Shown here piece after piece: positions 9,762 through 19,758 of a stretch of 64,000 bases of DNA. Below the pieces are notes generated by a model. The model did not search any database. It worked only from the letters and a program-made list of their open reading frames with translations, and was not told where the DNA came from. The position numbers and the translations under genes were made by a program. Within the stretch, counting starts at the first letter, position 1. Every line of letters begins with the position of its first letter. This DNA is from Candidatus Hydrothermarchaeota archaeon (lineage in GTDB: Archaea; CAYFZR01): contig JBHIEG010000001.1 in assembly GCA_046760505.1 (NCBI GenBank), forward strand, positions 1 to 64,000. The letters are read 5' to 3'.

Positions 9762-10721
9762 TTGGCGTTATTAGAAGTAAAGGATCTTAAAACCTATTTC
9801 TATACAGAAGAAGGAATTGTAAGGGCAGTGGATGGAGTTAGTTTTACATTAGAAAAAGGAGAGGTTTTTGGCCTAGTCGGAGAGACAGGGTGCGGAAAAA
9901 CCGTTACTGCCCTATCAATAATGAGGTTGGTTCCTGAACCCGGTAGGATCGTGGGAGGAAACGTGATTTTCAAAGGAGAAGACCTACTAAAAAAGAAAGA
10001 GGAGGATATGAGGAGGATCAGAGGGAAAGATATAGCCATGATATTTCAAGATCCCCTCTCTTCATTGAATCCTGTGTGTACAATAGGAAATCAAATTTCT
10101 GAGGTTTTTAAAATCCATCAGGGTCTTAATAAAAAAGATTCTTTAAAAAAGACAATAGAAATGCTGAAAAGAGTAAACATACCCTTTCCAGAGAAGGTCG
10201 TTAATCAGTATCCTCATGAACTGAGCGGCGGAATGAGACAGAGATGTATGATTGCGATGGCTCTATCATGTAATCCTGAGTTACTAATCGCTGATGAGCC
10301 CACAACCGCTTTAGACGTCACAATTCAAGCACAGATTATAGAACTGTTGAAAAAACTCATTAAAGATTTTCACTCCTCTGTTCTTCTAATATCACACAAT
10401 CTCGGTCTGATCTCTGAGATCTGCGATAAAGTCGCGGTAATGTATGCTGGAACCATAGTAGAGTTCTCAAGCATCGAGACAATATTTCAAAATGCCAAGC
10501 ATCCGTATACAATGGCGTTGATTGAGGCTATTCCAAAAATGGATAAAAGGACTAAATGGCTAAAGGCGATTGACGGTGCTGTTCCGGATATGTTAAATCC
10601 TCCTGATGGATGTAAATTCCATCCGAGGTGCCCAAAGGCATTTTCTGTATGTTCGAAAGAAGTTCCTGAAGAAATTGAAGTAGAGAATGGACACAAAGTA
10701 ACATGTCATCTTTATATTTAA
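9762..10721 (+). CDS. oppD: Peptide ABC transporter ATP-binding protein
   Basis: GETGCGKT, YPHELSGGMRQR, IADEPTTALD, C-terminal GCKFHPRC...C...CH. Confidence 0.93.
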   Translation: MALLEVKDLKTYFYTEEGIVRAVDGVSFTLEKGEVFGLVGETGCGKTVTALSIMRLVPEPGRIVGGNVIFKGEDLLKKKEEDMRRIRGKDIAMIFQDPLSSLNPVCTIGNQISEVFKIHQGLNKKDSLKKTIEMLKRVNIPFPEKVVNQYPHELSGGMRQRCMIAMALSCNPELLIADEPTTALDVTIQAQIIELLKKLIKDFHSSVLLISHNLGLISEICDKVAVMYAGTIVEFSSIETIFQNAKHPYTMALIEAIPKMDKRTKWLKAIDGAVPDMLNPPDGCKFHPRCPKAFSVCSKEVPEEIEVENGHKVTCHLYI

Positions 10722-10722
10722 T

Positions 10723-11055
10723 TTAATCTCCGCCTACTTTATGCCATTCTCCTTCTTTGTCTAACCAGTAACCTAATTCCTCCTTCAAAATATCGTTCAA
10801 TTTCTCGACAAATGGCGGCGAAAATCTGGTCTGCATGTCGGAAAGAATATCCTTTATTTCTTCGTCATTCAATTCATTTAAATGATTTATTACGTTTTCT
10901 ATAGAATCTGGCTTTTTTACACCTATGTAGTCTCGTTCCCACCTTTTTCCGGTGACTTTTTCGTAAGATTTTCCGAATAGTATTAGAGCATTTGTTGTGA
11001 ATACCAGAAATTGGCTCAATCTTGCTTTAAAGGATCTGTCAAATTCTATTTCCAT
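10723..11055 (-). CDS. Hypothetical protein
   Basis: 110 aa ORF with GGAGGAGG RBS and a TATA-like element upstream; fills the oppD-oppF gap. Confidence 0.65.
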   Translation of the reverse strand: MEIEFDRSFKARLSQFLVFTTNALILFGKSYEKVTGKRWERDYIGVKKPDSIENVINHLNELNDEEIKDILSDMQTRFSPPFVEKLNDILKEELGYWLDKEGEWHKVGGD

Positions 11056-11150
11056 ATTGAGAACCTCCTCCTGAGATTGATATTGAACATTTCGTTTATA
11101 TATATTCTACCGCTACGCGAACACTATAAATCTCAACAACTTAATTTTAC

Positions 11151-12131
11151 ATGGATAATATGAAACTTATAATTGTAAAAGATCTAAAGAAGTATTTCCC
11201 AATCAGATCTGGATTACTCTTAAAGATAACTGGATTTGCGAAGGCAGTGGATGGAGTATCGTTCCACATAGATAAGGGCGAAACTCTGGGCATAGTAGGC
11301 GAATCTGGATGTGGAAAAACAACATTGGGTAGAGTGGTTATAGGGCTAATTAAGCCAACTTCTGGAGAGGTTTGGTTTGAAGGAAAGAATATCTTTGAGT
11401 TGAATAAAAATGAGGAGAGAGAAATCAGAAGATATATGCAAATCGTTTTTCAAGATCCTTTTTCCTCCTTAAACCCAAGGATGACGGTTTTAGATATCGT
11501 TTCTGAGCCTCTCCTAAATTTTGATTTAATCGAAGAAGATGAAAAGGAAGAGGTAGTTTTCGAACTTTTAAGGAATGTTGGATTAAAAAGAGAAGATATG
11601 GGAAAGTATCCACATGAGTTCAGTGGAGGACAAATGCAAAGAGTGGGTATTGCAAGAGCATTAGCCTTAAATCCCAAGTTCATTGTACTGGACGAACCTA
11701 CATCTGCCTTGGATGTCTCTGTTCAGGCACAAATATTAAATTTGATAAGGAGGTTGCAGGAAGACTATAACTTAACGTATCTTTTTATTTCCCACGATCT
11801 CCTAACGATAGATCATATTTCGGATCGTGTAGCAGTTATGTATCTTGGAAAAATAGTAGAGGCAGGCGAAAAAGAAGAGATATTCAACTTTCCCCTCCAT
11901 CCTTACACAAAGGCTCTACTCTCATCAATACCGGTTCCTAGTATCGAAAAAAAGATGCAGAAAATCGTTCTCACGGGAGATGTTCCCTCTCCACTCAATC
12001 CTCCCTCCGGCTGTAGATTTCATACAAGGTGTCCTCATGCGAAAGATAAATGCAAGAAAGAAGAGCCTATCTTAACTCAAGATAGTAAGCACCATACTGT
12101 AGCATGTCATTTTTACAAAGAACTTACATAG
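11151..12131 (+). CDS. oppF: Peptide ABC transporter ATP-binding protein
   Basis: GESGCGKT, YPHEFSGGQMQR, LDEPTSALDVSVQAQ, GCRFHTRC. Confidence 0.93.
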   Translation: MDNMKLIIVKDLKKYFPIRSGLLLKITGFAKAVDGVSFHIDKGETLGIVGESGCGKTTLGRVVIGLIKPTSGEVWFEGKNIFELNKNEEREIRRYMQIVFQDPFSSLNPRMTVLDIVSEPLLNFDLIEEDEKEEVVFELLRNVGLKREDMGKYPHEFSGGQMQRVGIARALALNPKFIVLDEPTSALDVSVQAQILNLIRRLQEDYNLTYLFISHDLLTIDHISDRVAVMYLGKIVEAGEKEEIFNFPLHPYTKALLSSIPVPSIEKKMQKIVLTGDVPSPLNPPSGCRFHTRCPHAKDKCKKEEPILTQDSKHHTVACHFYKELT

Positions 12132-12491
12132 CAACGAACTTTTAGGAAAAGTTCGATCAAAAGAAAATTATTTTATGGTGATGGAATCCAATCCTAGATA
12201 TAATCTCGAAACATGCCTAATTCAACCCAATATTACAGGTATTTTGGAAAAAGAAGGCTATTTCATTGAAATAATATGATGAATATGAATTGTTAAAGTA
12301 CCCAAAATAGAAGAAAAGGTCTGAACCTAGGGGGTTAATGAGAGTAAATCATAACCTTAAAATTTGGAGCAATCTAAAGGATTTAAACTCGTCAAAAATC
12401 TCTTAAAATGTCTTAATTTTCAGGTTGATGGACATGTAACCATTTCTCTTCGCATTTTTAATCGATCTACTCCAAGAACAGAAAAAGTCTC

Positions 12492-12665
12492 TTAGTCTTG
12501 CTTTATCTCCTTAAATTTCTTGCTGAGATACTCCATTAAAGCATTCTCAACTATCTCTGACTTTGTAGGCGTGATCCCGATCTTATCTTTGATTATTTTT
12601 ATATACTCTTCTATTGAGTTCAGTATCTCTTCATCTATCGTTACTGTTAGTGACTTTTTTACCAC
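12492..12665 (-). CDS. Ribbon-helix-helix (CopG/MetJ/Arc-like) DNA-binding protein, 57 aa; not in the ORF track
   Basis: Hand translation MVKKSLTVTIDEEILNSIEEYIKIIKDKIGITPTKSEIVENALMEYLSKKFKEIKQD: beta strand with TID, helix, then KSEIVENAL. Confidence 0.75.
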   Translation of the reverse strand: MVKKSLTVTIDEEILNSIEEYIKIIKDKIGITPTKSEIVENALMEYLSKKFKEIKQD

Positions 12666-13062
12666 CTTCCCAGCCCTCGTTTCTCGTCTTGTCTTCCCCT
12701 ATATATATCACCTCGCATAATTCGACTTGTAAATAAGAGAAATAAGATAAATTTTATATATAAGAACGATCTTATACAAATATAGATCGAGAGTACAAAC
12801 TGAGAAGAGTGATTAAAATATCACCCATAGAGTCGATATATGCTAACAATACCGCCAGCGGGGTCTTCAACTCAGGAGATGCTTTTAGGGCTGGTTTTTT
12901 GTTTCCTACTAATTTCTTTAACCTTCTTTTTTGTATTCTTTATCTTTTTTCTTGATCACAATATCTAATGCTCATCACAAGACGTGTAATCATAAAGTAA
13001 CCGTGCAGTTAGCAACCTTTTAAGATAGATAATTCCATAAAGTTAGAATTACGGTCACTTTC

Positions 13063-13638
13063 CTATTTGTCCCCACTGCTATTTCTCAACTCCAGTGTTC
13101 GGAGCCATACGTTTAAGTAATCACTCGGATCGAAACGACACATCCTTATAACTCTTATATCTCCTGGAAGATTGATTTTTAATTCTGAGTCAACAAAGAT
13201 TGCACCGGTTTCACCATCTTTCAACGTTTGATCTATTATCCTTGCGATATGCTCGCTACGCTCGCGCATACTTTCCTCGTAGAGTTCTAGAAGGAGTGGA
13301 TTGCTCTTAGATTGCTCGAACCATTCCTTGGTTTCTGCTATCAGCAAGCGATCCTCCGTTGTTTGAAGCTCTGCTCCGCTTTCAATCAACTTCTTAACAA
13401 TCGAATAATTTCTTTTGTCGAAGGAACTGAGAGTTTTTAGTCCTTCATCTCCGCTCTCGCACAACGACTCGTGATACACCTTATGAATGCGTCGAAGCTT
13501 CATTAATGGCCCAAGTTTTTCTTCTACATAGTCCCAGTACTCGTTCGATCTCTCCTCAAAATCCTCAGGTACTTTTGAGGCAAGCCTTTCGAACTCATTT
13601 CTGCTATACATCCTTGGAATGTATATCAAGGTTCTCAT
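13063..13638 (-). CDS. Hypothetical protein
   Basis: 191 aa ORF immediately downstream of the dehydrogenase gene. Confidence 0.7.
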   Translation of the reverse strand: MRTLIYIPRMYSRNEFERLASKVPEDFEERSNEYWDYVEEKLGPLMKLRRIHKVYHESLCESGDEGLKTLSSFDKRNYSIVKKLIESGAELQTTEDRLLIAETKEWFEQSKSNPLLLELYEESMRERSEHIARIIDQTLKDGETGAIFVDSELKINLPGDIRVIRMCRFDPSDYLNVWLRTLELRNSSGDK

Positions 13639-13670
13639 ATGAGTACCTGAAAACTGGTTAAATCATAAAA

Positions 13671-14633
13671 CTAAACAAACTTTATCCACTGACCAATGTT
13701 TCTCTTTACAGCCTCTTTATAGATAAAGTACCCTGTTGAGACGTCTTGAATTGCTAGGCCAGTAGAGTCAAAAAGTGTTATCTCATCATCGTTTACTCTT
13801 CCTTCTTTAATGCCTGCGCATATCTCCCCTAAAGTTCCATAAATATCTTCTTTTTTCAATATACCTTTGGAGAGGGGAACGTTGATCTCACCGGAATGAC
13901 AAGCCTGTTCCCAGTCATCTATGACTATTTTTGCTCTTTTTATGATATCTGGATTTATCTCCTGCTTACCTGGAGCATCCGCGCCGATAGCATTTATATG
14001 AGTTCCCGGTGAAACTGAATTAACAATAGGTCTTCTGACAGGAGTTGCAGTAATCAACACATCACAGTTTTCGGTGACTTCACTTATTCCACTACAAACT
14101 CTGGTATTCAATCCTAGTTCCTGAGCGAACTTCTGAAATTCCAATGAAGCCTCCTTTCTTATATCATAGACAAAAACATTCTCCATTTCTCTAATCTTCA
14201 GTGCAGCTAGCAGTTGTGTTCTTGCTTGAACTCCGGCTCCAACCAAACCAATAGTCTTAGAATCGTCCCTTGAGAGATATTTAATCGCGATTCCTCCTGC
14301 TGCACCAGTTCTATATGCAGTTATTCGAGTTGCATCCATTATTGCAAGGGGAAAGCCAGTATTTGGATCGATTAATTCCAATATAGCCATTACAGTAGGC
14401 AAATCTACATTTCCCGTGTGAACGTTTACTATTTTAACCCCAGATGTCTCATTATATTTCAAATAGGCGGGCATCGTTCTGAGATCGCCCTTGGGATAAT
14501 ATATGTATGATTTCGGAGGCATTTCAGCCTCATTTTTTGCATAGGCTGAGAATGCTTCTTCTACAACCTCCATAACTCTTTCAATATCCAACAATCTCTC
14601 TACTTCCTCTCCGCTCAAGATTAAAGTCTCCAT
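13671..14633 (-). CDS. ala: Alanine dehydrogenase / ornithine cyclodeaminase (mu-crystallin) family
   Basis: MPPKSY, GDLRTMPAY, GVKIVNVH, RTGAAGG, GAGVQA, NAIGADAPGKQE, FDSTGLAIQD. Confidence 0.88.
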   Translation of the reverse strand: METLILSGEEVERLLDIERVMEVVEEAFSAYAKNEAEMPPKSYIYYPKGDLRTMPAYLKYNETSGVKIVNVHTGNVDLPTVMAILELIDPNTGFPLAIMDATRITAYRTGAAGGIAIKYLSRDDSKTIGLVGAGVQARTQLLAALKIREMENVFVYDIRKEASLEFQKFAQELGLNTRVCSGISEVTENCDVLITATPVRRPIVNSVSPGTHINAIGADAPGKQEINPDIIKRAKIVIDDWEQACHSGEINVPLSKGILKKEDIYGTLGEICAGIKEGRVNDDEITLFDSTGLAIQDVSTGYFIYKEAVKRNIGQWIKFV

Positions 14634-14667
14634 AATGATCACTCGACCTTGATTTTGTAATATATAC

Positions 14668-15087
14668 TTAATGTTTTCTTGGTATGTAAACTATGGGCTC
14701 TAAACGCAAGTAACGATATAATTCCTCCATATAAATGATAGAATCGATTTTATTTTTATCTAAGCGGTAGAGATGACTTTTGCATTTACAATCACTTGAT
14801 CCAAATCCTTTTATGGCAACTGCATCTTTTTCTATAACTCTAGATAACTTACATTCCATTTTATTTTTTGTATAGGCGTAAACAACTGCATATGGGATTT
14901 TTTTAGTTGTAATATGATCTATGTGCCAAAAAACTTTTTTTGGGTGGAATAAATGTCTCCTGATTCTTGAGTTCAAGAGGCCCTCTCTTAAAGCAGACCC
15001 AATATATGTATATACTCCCTTGTCAATCCTCCATCTATAAACTGAAACTTGGGGCAAATCAAATATTAGGGAATATATGCCTCTCAT
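14668..15087 (-). CDS. GIY-YIG (Uri superfamily, DUF123-like) nuclease
   Basis: RGIY...YTYIGSA, RIRRH, WHIDH, GFGSSDCKCKSHL; start moved to ATG 15087. Confidence 0.85.
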   Translation of the reverse strand: MRGIYSLIFDLPQVSVYRWRIDKGVYTYIGSALREGLLNSRIRRHLFHPKKVFWHIDHITTKKIPYAVVYAYTKNKMECKLSRVIEKDAVAIKGFGSSDCKCKSHLYRLDKNKIDSIIYMEELYRYLRLEPIVYIPRKH

Positions 15088-15097
15088 ATGATTCACG

Positions 15098-16402
15098 GTG
15101 GTGTCTGTGAGAAGTCTAATAGAATCTTTTCGTAAAGATGGGGAAGTTTTGGATGTAAAGAAAGAGGTATCCGTCACATATGAAATACCTTACTATCTAA
15201 AGAAGAACGAGGAAAAGATCGTGTTTTTTGAGAATGTAAAGAGTTATGGAATAAAGGTAGTAGGGAATATATGCTCTACAAGAGAGAGAATCACCAAAGC
15301 GTTAAATATAGAGAAAAATAGTTTGGTAGAGCATCTTTTAAATGCTTTTGACTCTCCAAAAAAGGTTAAAATCGTTAAAAAAGGGCCTATAAAAGATATA
15401 GTTAAAGAAGAAGTTGATATAGAAAATTTACCGATTTTAAGGCACTATGAAAAAGATGGTGGTCACTTCATCACCGCTGGTATCGTAGTTGCAAAGGATC
15501 CTGATACAGGCGTGAGAAATGCATCCATCCATAGGTTGATGAGGCTAGGTAAAGATAAGTTAGGTATTCGAATTGTCCCGAGGCATCTTTACAAAATATT
15601 CAACGAAAACAAGAAAGATGGCAGGTCTACTGAGATTGCGATAATCATAGGGGCTCATCCGGCTCTGCTTCTCGCTGCATCTTCATCCATACCTTATGAA
15701 ATAGATGAACTGGAAGTTGCTAATAGATTGCATGAGTTTAAATGTATTAAATGCAATACAGTTGACTTAGAGGTACCTGATCAGGCTGAAATTGTCTTAG
15801 AAGGAAGAATTTTAAATGACAAGAAACATGCAGAGGGCCCCTTGGTGGATATCACCGGTACATACGATATTGTAAGGGACGAGCCTGTTGTAGAATTAAC
15901 CTGTTTGATGCACAGAAAAGAACCTATTTATCAGGCAATCCTGCCTGGAGGCAGAGAACACCAACTATTGATGGGTCTACCTCAAGAACCCAGAATTTTA
16001 AAGGCAGTGCGGAATATTACCCCTAACGTTAAAGGGATCAGATTAACCGAGGGAGGTTGTCACTGGTTCCATGCAGTTATTTCAATTGAGAAGCAGAGCG
16101 AGGGCGACGGAAAAAACGTTATTCTAGCTGCTCTCTCTGCGCATCCAAGTCTAAAACATGTCGTTGTGGTGGATGAGGATATTGACATCTTTGACGATAA
16201 GATGATAGAATATGCGATGGCAACGAGGGTAAAGGGGGACGAAGACATATACATATTTCCGAAAATAAGAGGGTCGAGCCTCGATCCAACAGGAGATCAA
16301 GTGACCTCACTAGTAACTAAGGTTGGCATAGATGCCACGAAGAGTTTTTCAATTCCACCAGAGAGGTTTGAAATCGCTAGAATACCTTGGAGTGAAGATT
16401 GA
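15098..16402 (+). CDS. UbiD-family decarboxylase, probably anhydromevalonate phosphate decarboxylase
   Basis: DGGHFITAG, NASIHR, PRHL, EIVLEG, EGPLVDITGTYD, KHVVVVDEDID, GSSLDP; adjacent to the aconitase X pair. Confidence 0.88.
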   Translation: MVSVRSLIESFRKDGEVLDVKKEVSVTYEIPYYLKKNEEKIVFFENVKSYGIKVVGNICSTRERITKALNIEKNSLVEHLLNAFDSPKKVKIVKKGPIKDIVKEEVDIENLPILRHYEKDGGHFITAGIVVAKDPDTGVRNASIHRLMRLGKDKLGIRIVPRHLYKIFNENKKDGRSTEIAIIIGAHPALLLAASSSIPYEIDELEVANRLHEFKCIKCNTVDLEVPDQAEIVLEGRILNDKKHAEGPLVDITGTYDIVRDEPVVELTCLMHRKEPIYQAILPGGREHQLLMGLPQEPRILKAVRNITPNVKGIRLTEGGCHWFHAVISIEKQSEGDGKNVILAALSAHPSLKHVVVVDEDIDIFDDKMIEYAMATRVKGDEDIYIFPKIRGSSLDPTGDQVTSLVTKVGIDATKSFSIPPERFEIARIPWSED

Positions 16403-17580
16403 TGTACCTAACCAAAGAAGAAGAAAAGATACTAGAAGGGGAAGAAGGCTTTGCAAGACAAAAGGCAATGGAGATCCTCGTCGCCTTAGGAGACATATAT
16501 GGAGCGAGCAATCTAATAGATATAGAAGGTGCCCAGGTATCCGGTGTATCCTACAAAACTATAGGAGATGCTGGACTCGATTTCCTTGATGAATTCTCTA
16601 AGGATGCTAAAGTAAAAGTTCCTACGACTTTAAATCCAGCTGGAATGGATTTAGAGGAATGGAAAAGCATGAATGTGAATCCAGAATTTGCCTCAAAACA
16701 ATTGGAGATACTTAAATGTTTCGATAGAATGGGACTGCAGCTCACCTGTACGTGTACGCCCTACCTTATAGGAAACATACCTTCGTATAATTCTCATGTC
16801 TCTTGGGGTGAATCATCCGCCATAGTCTTTGCGAACTCTATACTGGGAGCAAGAACAAATAGAGAAGGAGGTATGAGTTCTCTGGCAAGCGCATTGATTG
16901 GAAAAACCCCAAACTACGGTCTTCACCTTGATGAATCTAGGGGTGCTGATTTTTTGATTCAGGTAGAAGAAGATCTGAACACGTATATGTACGGTGTACT
17001 AGGCTACCATGTGGGAAAAATAACGATGCAACCAGCTTTTATTTTTTCAAAGAGACCGTCTCTAGAGGGATTAAAGTTATTGTGTGCTTCATTGGGGGCA
17101 TCTGGCTCTGTAGCCCTTTTCCACGCGAAGGATATAACGCCAGAATGGAGGGGAGAGTTCGAAAAACTGGAAAAAATAGAAGTTACAAGAAAGGAGTTAG
17201 AAGAAGAGCAAACCAATTTCAGAAACGCTGACAAAATAGATTTAATTACATTTGGATGTCCTCACTGTACGATTAATGAAATAATCAATATAAAAAATTT
17301 ATTGGAAAAGGAAAAAGAAAAGCCAAATTGCGAAGTTTGGATATTTACAAACTATCAGACAAAGAAACTGGCAGAAAGAATGGGCCTGAAAGAATCGCTG
17401 AAAAAGAAGAATGCAAAAATAATATCAGATACATGCATGATTGTTTCTCCCATAGAAGAAATGGGAATAAAGTCCATAGCAACGAATTCAACGAAAGCAT
17501 GTTTATATGCGCCCACTATGTGTGGTTTTAATGTATACCTAGGAGATGAGAGGGAGTGCATAAGGCTGGGAATGAAATAG
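16399..17580 (+). CDS. Aconitase X large subunit (phosphomevalonate dehydratase large subunit)
   Basis: MYLTKEEE, QVSGVSYKTIG, TTLNPAG, TCTCTPY, WGESSA, GARTNREGG, GCPH, DTCMIVSP. Confidence 0.9.
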   Translation: MMYLTKEEEKILEGEEGFARQKAMEILVALGDIYGASNLIDIEGAQVSGVSYKTIGDAGLDFLDEFSKDAKVKVPTTLNPAGMDLEEWKSMNVNPEFASKQLEILKCFDRMGLQLTCTCTPYLIGNIPSYNSHVSWGESSAIVFANSILGARTNREGGMSSLASALIGKTPNYGLHLDESRGADFLIQVEEDLNTYMYGVLGYHVGKITMQPAFIFSKRPSLEGLKLLCASLGASGSVALFHAKDITPEWRGEFEKLEKIEVTRKELEEEQTNFRNADKIDLITFGCPHCTINEIINIKNLLEKEKEKPNCEVWIFTNYQTKKLAERMGLKESLKKKNAKIISDTCMIVSPIEEMGIKSIATNSTKACLYAPTMCGFNVYLGDERECIRLGMK

Positions 17581-17990
17581 TAAGGGGGCGAATAATTAGC
17601 AGAGGCACAGCAGAAGGGGATGTTTTATATTCAAGTACTCCCATATCATTCTTGGGAGACATCGATCCCAAGACCGGAAACATAATTAACAAAAATCATG
17701 AATTGTTTGGTACCAACATTTCGGGAAAAATACTCGTGTTTCCTCACGGAATAGGATCTACTGTGGGTTCATACGTAATGTATCAACTTAAAAAGAATGG
17801 ATTAGCCCCTTTGGGCATAATAAATCAATACGCCGAACCAATTGTGGCAGTAGGGGCTATAATATCACAAATTCCAATGCTAGATAAGTTAAATAAAGAA
17901 TTATCATATATTAAAGGAAAAAGAATAAAAATAGACGCCAATAAAGGCATTATTAAAATCGTGGGTGTAGCACGTGAAGACATTAGTTGA
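17556..17990 (+). CDS. Aconitase X swivel-domain small subunit (phosphomevalonate dehydratase small subunit)
   Basis: GTAEG, ISFLGDIDPKTG, GKILVFP..IGSTVGSY, EPIVAVGAII. Confidence 0.9.
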   Translation: MHKAGNEIVRGRIISRGTAEGDVLYSSTPISFLGDIDPKTGNIINKNHELFGTNISGKILVFPHGIGSTVGSYVMYQLKKNGLAPLGIINQYAEPIVAVGAIISQIPMLDKLNKELSYIKGKRIKIDANKGIIKIVGVAREDIS

Positions 17991-19215
17991 AATTCAATGT
18001 TTGTGCGGAAATGCCTTCATCCGTGAATTTAAACCCGGAGACTATATAGGAAAACCTGAAAAATGCTCTGAATGCAAAAAAGAAGAGGGTAGAGTATCAA
18101 AAATATACGAGGAAGATGTCGAAGAGGTATTGGATCCTGAAGATTTCAAAAAAATTCTTCAAATAGTAAAAAGTGAATTCAACGTTGAAGAATATTTCTT
18201 CAGATCAAATGGAGTAGTTTTTACCCTTAAAGAAGACAGAAATACGGAAAACCGTTTTCTAAATGTATACAAAAAACTTAGATTTTTGAACTATGTCCCA
18301 TGGCTGAAGGGTCAAAGTGATAGAGGTATTACGCTATCCGTTTTTCCCCACGAGATGAAATCGAATGGAAAAGGAATCATATGGAATATTGGCTTACTCA
18401 TTCTAACATTTGGAACGTGTACTCTTGCTGGATACCTCTGGTTTTCAAACGGGAAAATAGAAAACGCCATATTGTTTGCTGTCTCTTTACTCGCGGTCAT
18501 CGGCGCCCACGAGATGGCTCATGCATACATGTCTTGGAGGCATGGTGTTGCATCTAGCCTTCCTTACTTTATACCTGCACCTCCATTCATGCCTCTAGGG
18601 ACGTTTGGGGCCATCATAAGCACAAGATCTCCCATACCAAACAAGAAGGCTTTATTTGACATTGGAATAAGTGGGCCCTTGGCTGGTTTTCTAATTTCTC
18701 TTTTAGTCCTAGCCTTGGGATTGGCTCATTCAGAGATAACAACAAAATCTAACTTAGAAAATGCACTGATGTTTGAGTTACCTCCAGTTGAGTTTCCTCA
18801 ACTGGGTTCTGTCTCTTTACCCTTGGCATTGAATATTCTCGAGAAACTCATATTAGGAAAGCTTCCAGAAGATGCCATCATCCAAGCACACCCACTGTTT
18901 TGGTCTGGTTTATTCGGTCTCCTAATCACCATGCTCAACCTTGTTCCTGCCGGACAACTTGACGGCGGACACATATGGACTTCTATCCTCAACAAAAAAG
19001 AGGTCCAGTTATTCACCTTCCTCTTCGCCTTGATCATGCTTGCTATGGGCTGGTGGCTTTGGGTTCTCATAATTATCGTTATGAATCACGTCGGGCATCC
19101 TGGTCCTTTAGACGAGGTAAGCGACGTTGGTGGGTTTCGTAAGGTAGCCTCTATCCTAGTTTTCATCATGTTGCTACTCTCTATTTCTTCAATACCAATC
19201 ATGCATGCTGCATAA
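17974..19215 (+). CDS. Site-2 protease (M50) with an N-terminal Zn-ribbon-like segment
   Basis: HEMAH, LPYFIP, GTFGA, DIGISGPLAG, NLVPAGQLDGGH; N-terminal CLC...REFKPGDY...CSEC. Confidence 0.9.
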   Translation: MKTLVEIQCLCGNAFIREFKPGDYIGKPEKCSECKKEEGRVSKIYEEDVEEVLDPEDFKKILQIVKSEFNVEEYFFRSNGVVFTLKEDRNTENRFLNVYKKLRFLNYVPWLKGQSDRGITLSVFPHEMKSNGKGIIWNIGLLILTFGTCTLAGYLWFSNGKIENAILFAVSLLAVIGAHEMAHAYMSWRHGVASSLPYFIPAPPFMPLGTFGAIISTRSPIPNKKALFDIGISGPLAGFLISLLVLALGLAHSEITTKSNLENALMFELPPVEFPQLGSVSLPLALNILEKLILGKLPEDAIIQAHPLFWSGLFGLLITMLNLVPAGQLDGGHIWTSILNKKEVQLFTFLFALIMLAMGWWLWVLIIIVMNHVGHPGPLDEVSDVGGFRKVASILVFIMLLLSISSIPIMHAA

Positions 19216-19265
19216 AAGAAAAATATATAAAAAACTGTTCTCTAGCAAGATACGGATGTGTAACT

Positions 19266-19739
19266 ATGGATACCGACAGAATTGAGGAATTGATGAACAG
19301 GCTCGAAAAAAGGTTCGCAAGCGAACTGTACAAAAAAGAATACCGGAGAATCATGCAACTTAATGGCAGAGAAACCACCCTACAAAACAAGTATTTAGAA
19401 CTCAGAAAAGAACGTTATAATTTCCATAGAGAAGGAGGTAGAAATCTTTTCGCCCTCGGTAAAGCATCCACAAACGTTCTATCAGGCTTAAGTAATCTAA
19501 AAAGGAATAAATATAAAGATGCGATCCTAGACTTTGAGAGAGCCTGTCCATATTTGAAAAGTGCTAAGGAAGATATGATTAAGGCATTAGAATTGGATAA
19601 TGATGTCATCGATATTTTAGAGCAACTTTTACTCATAAATAAAGGAATAAAGCACAACAGAGAGGATGTTTTATGGTTGATTGATAAAATAGTTTCATTG
19701 ATGGAAGAAGTAATGAAAGAAATTAAAACTGCTGAATAA
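19266..19739 (+). CDS. Hypothetical helical protein
   Basis: 157 aa ORF in operon context. Confidence 0.65.
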   Translation: MDTDRIEELMNRLEKRFASELYKKEYRRIMQLNGRETTLQNKYLELRKERYNFHREGGRNLFALGKASTNVLSGLSNLKRNKYKDAILDFERACPYLKSAKEDMIKALELDNDVIDILEQLLLINKGIKHNREDVLWLIDKIVSLMEEVMKEIKTAE

Positions 19740-19758
19740 ATCTGGAAAGGTGGTTTGA

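Noticed and set aside
15098-16402. UbiD as an aromatic (e.g. phthaloyl-CoA) decarboxylase linked to the CoA-transferases
   Set aside because: It is coupled to the AcnX pair, which indicates the mevalonate pathway, and lies 8 kb from the island
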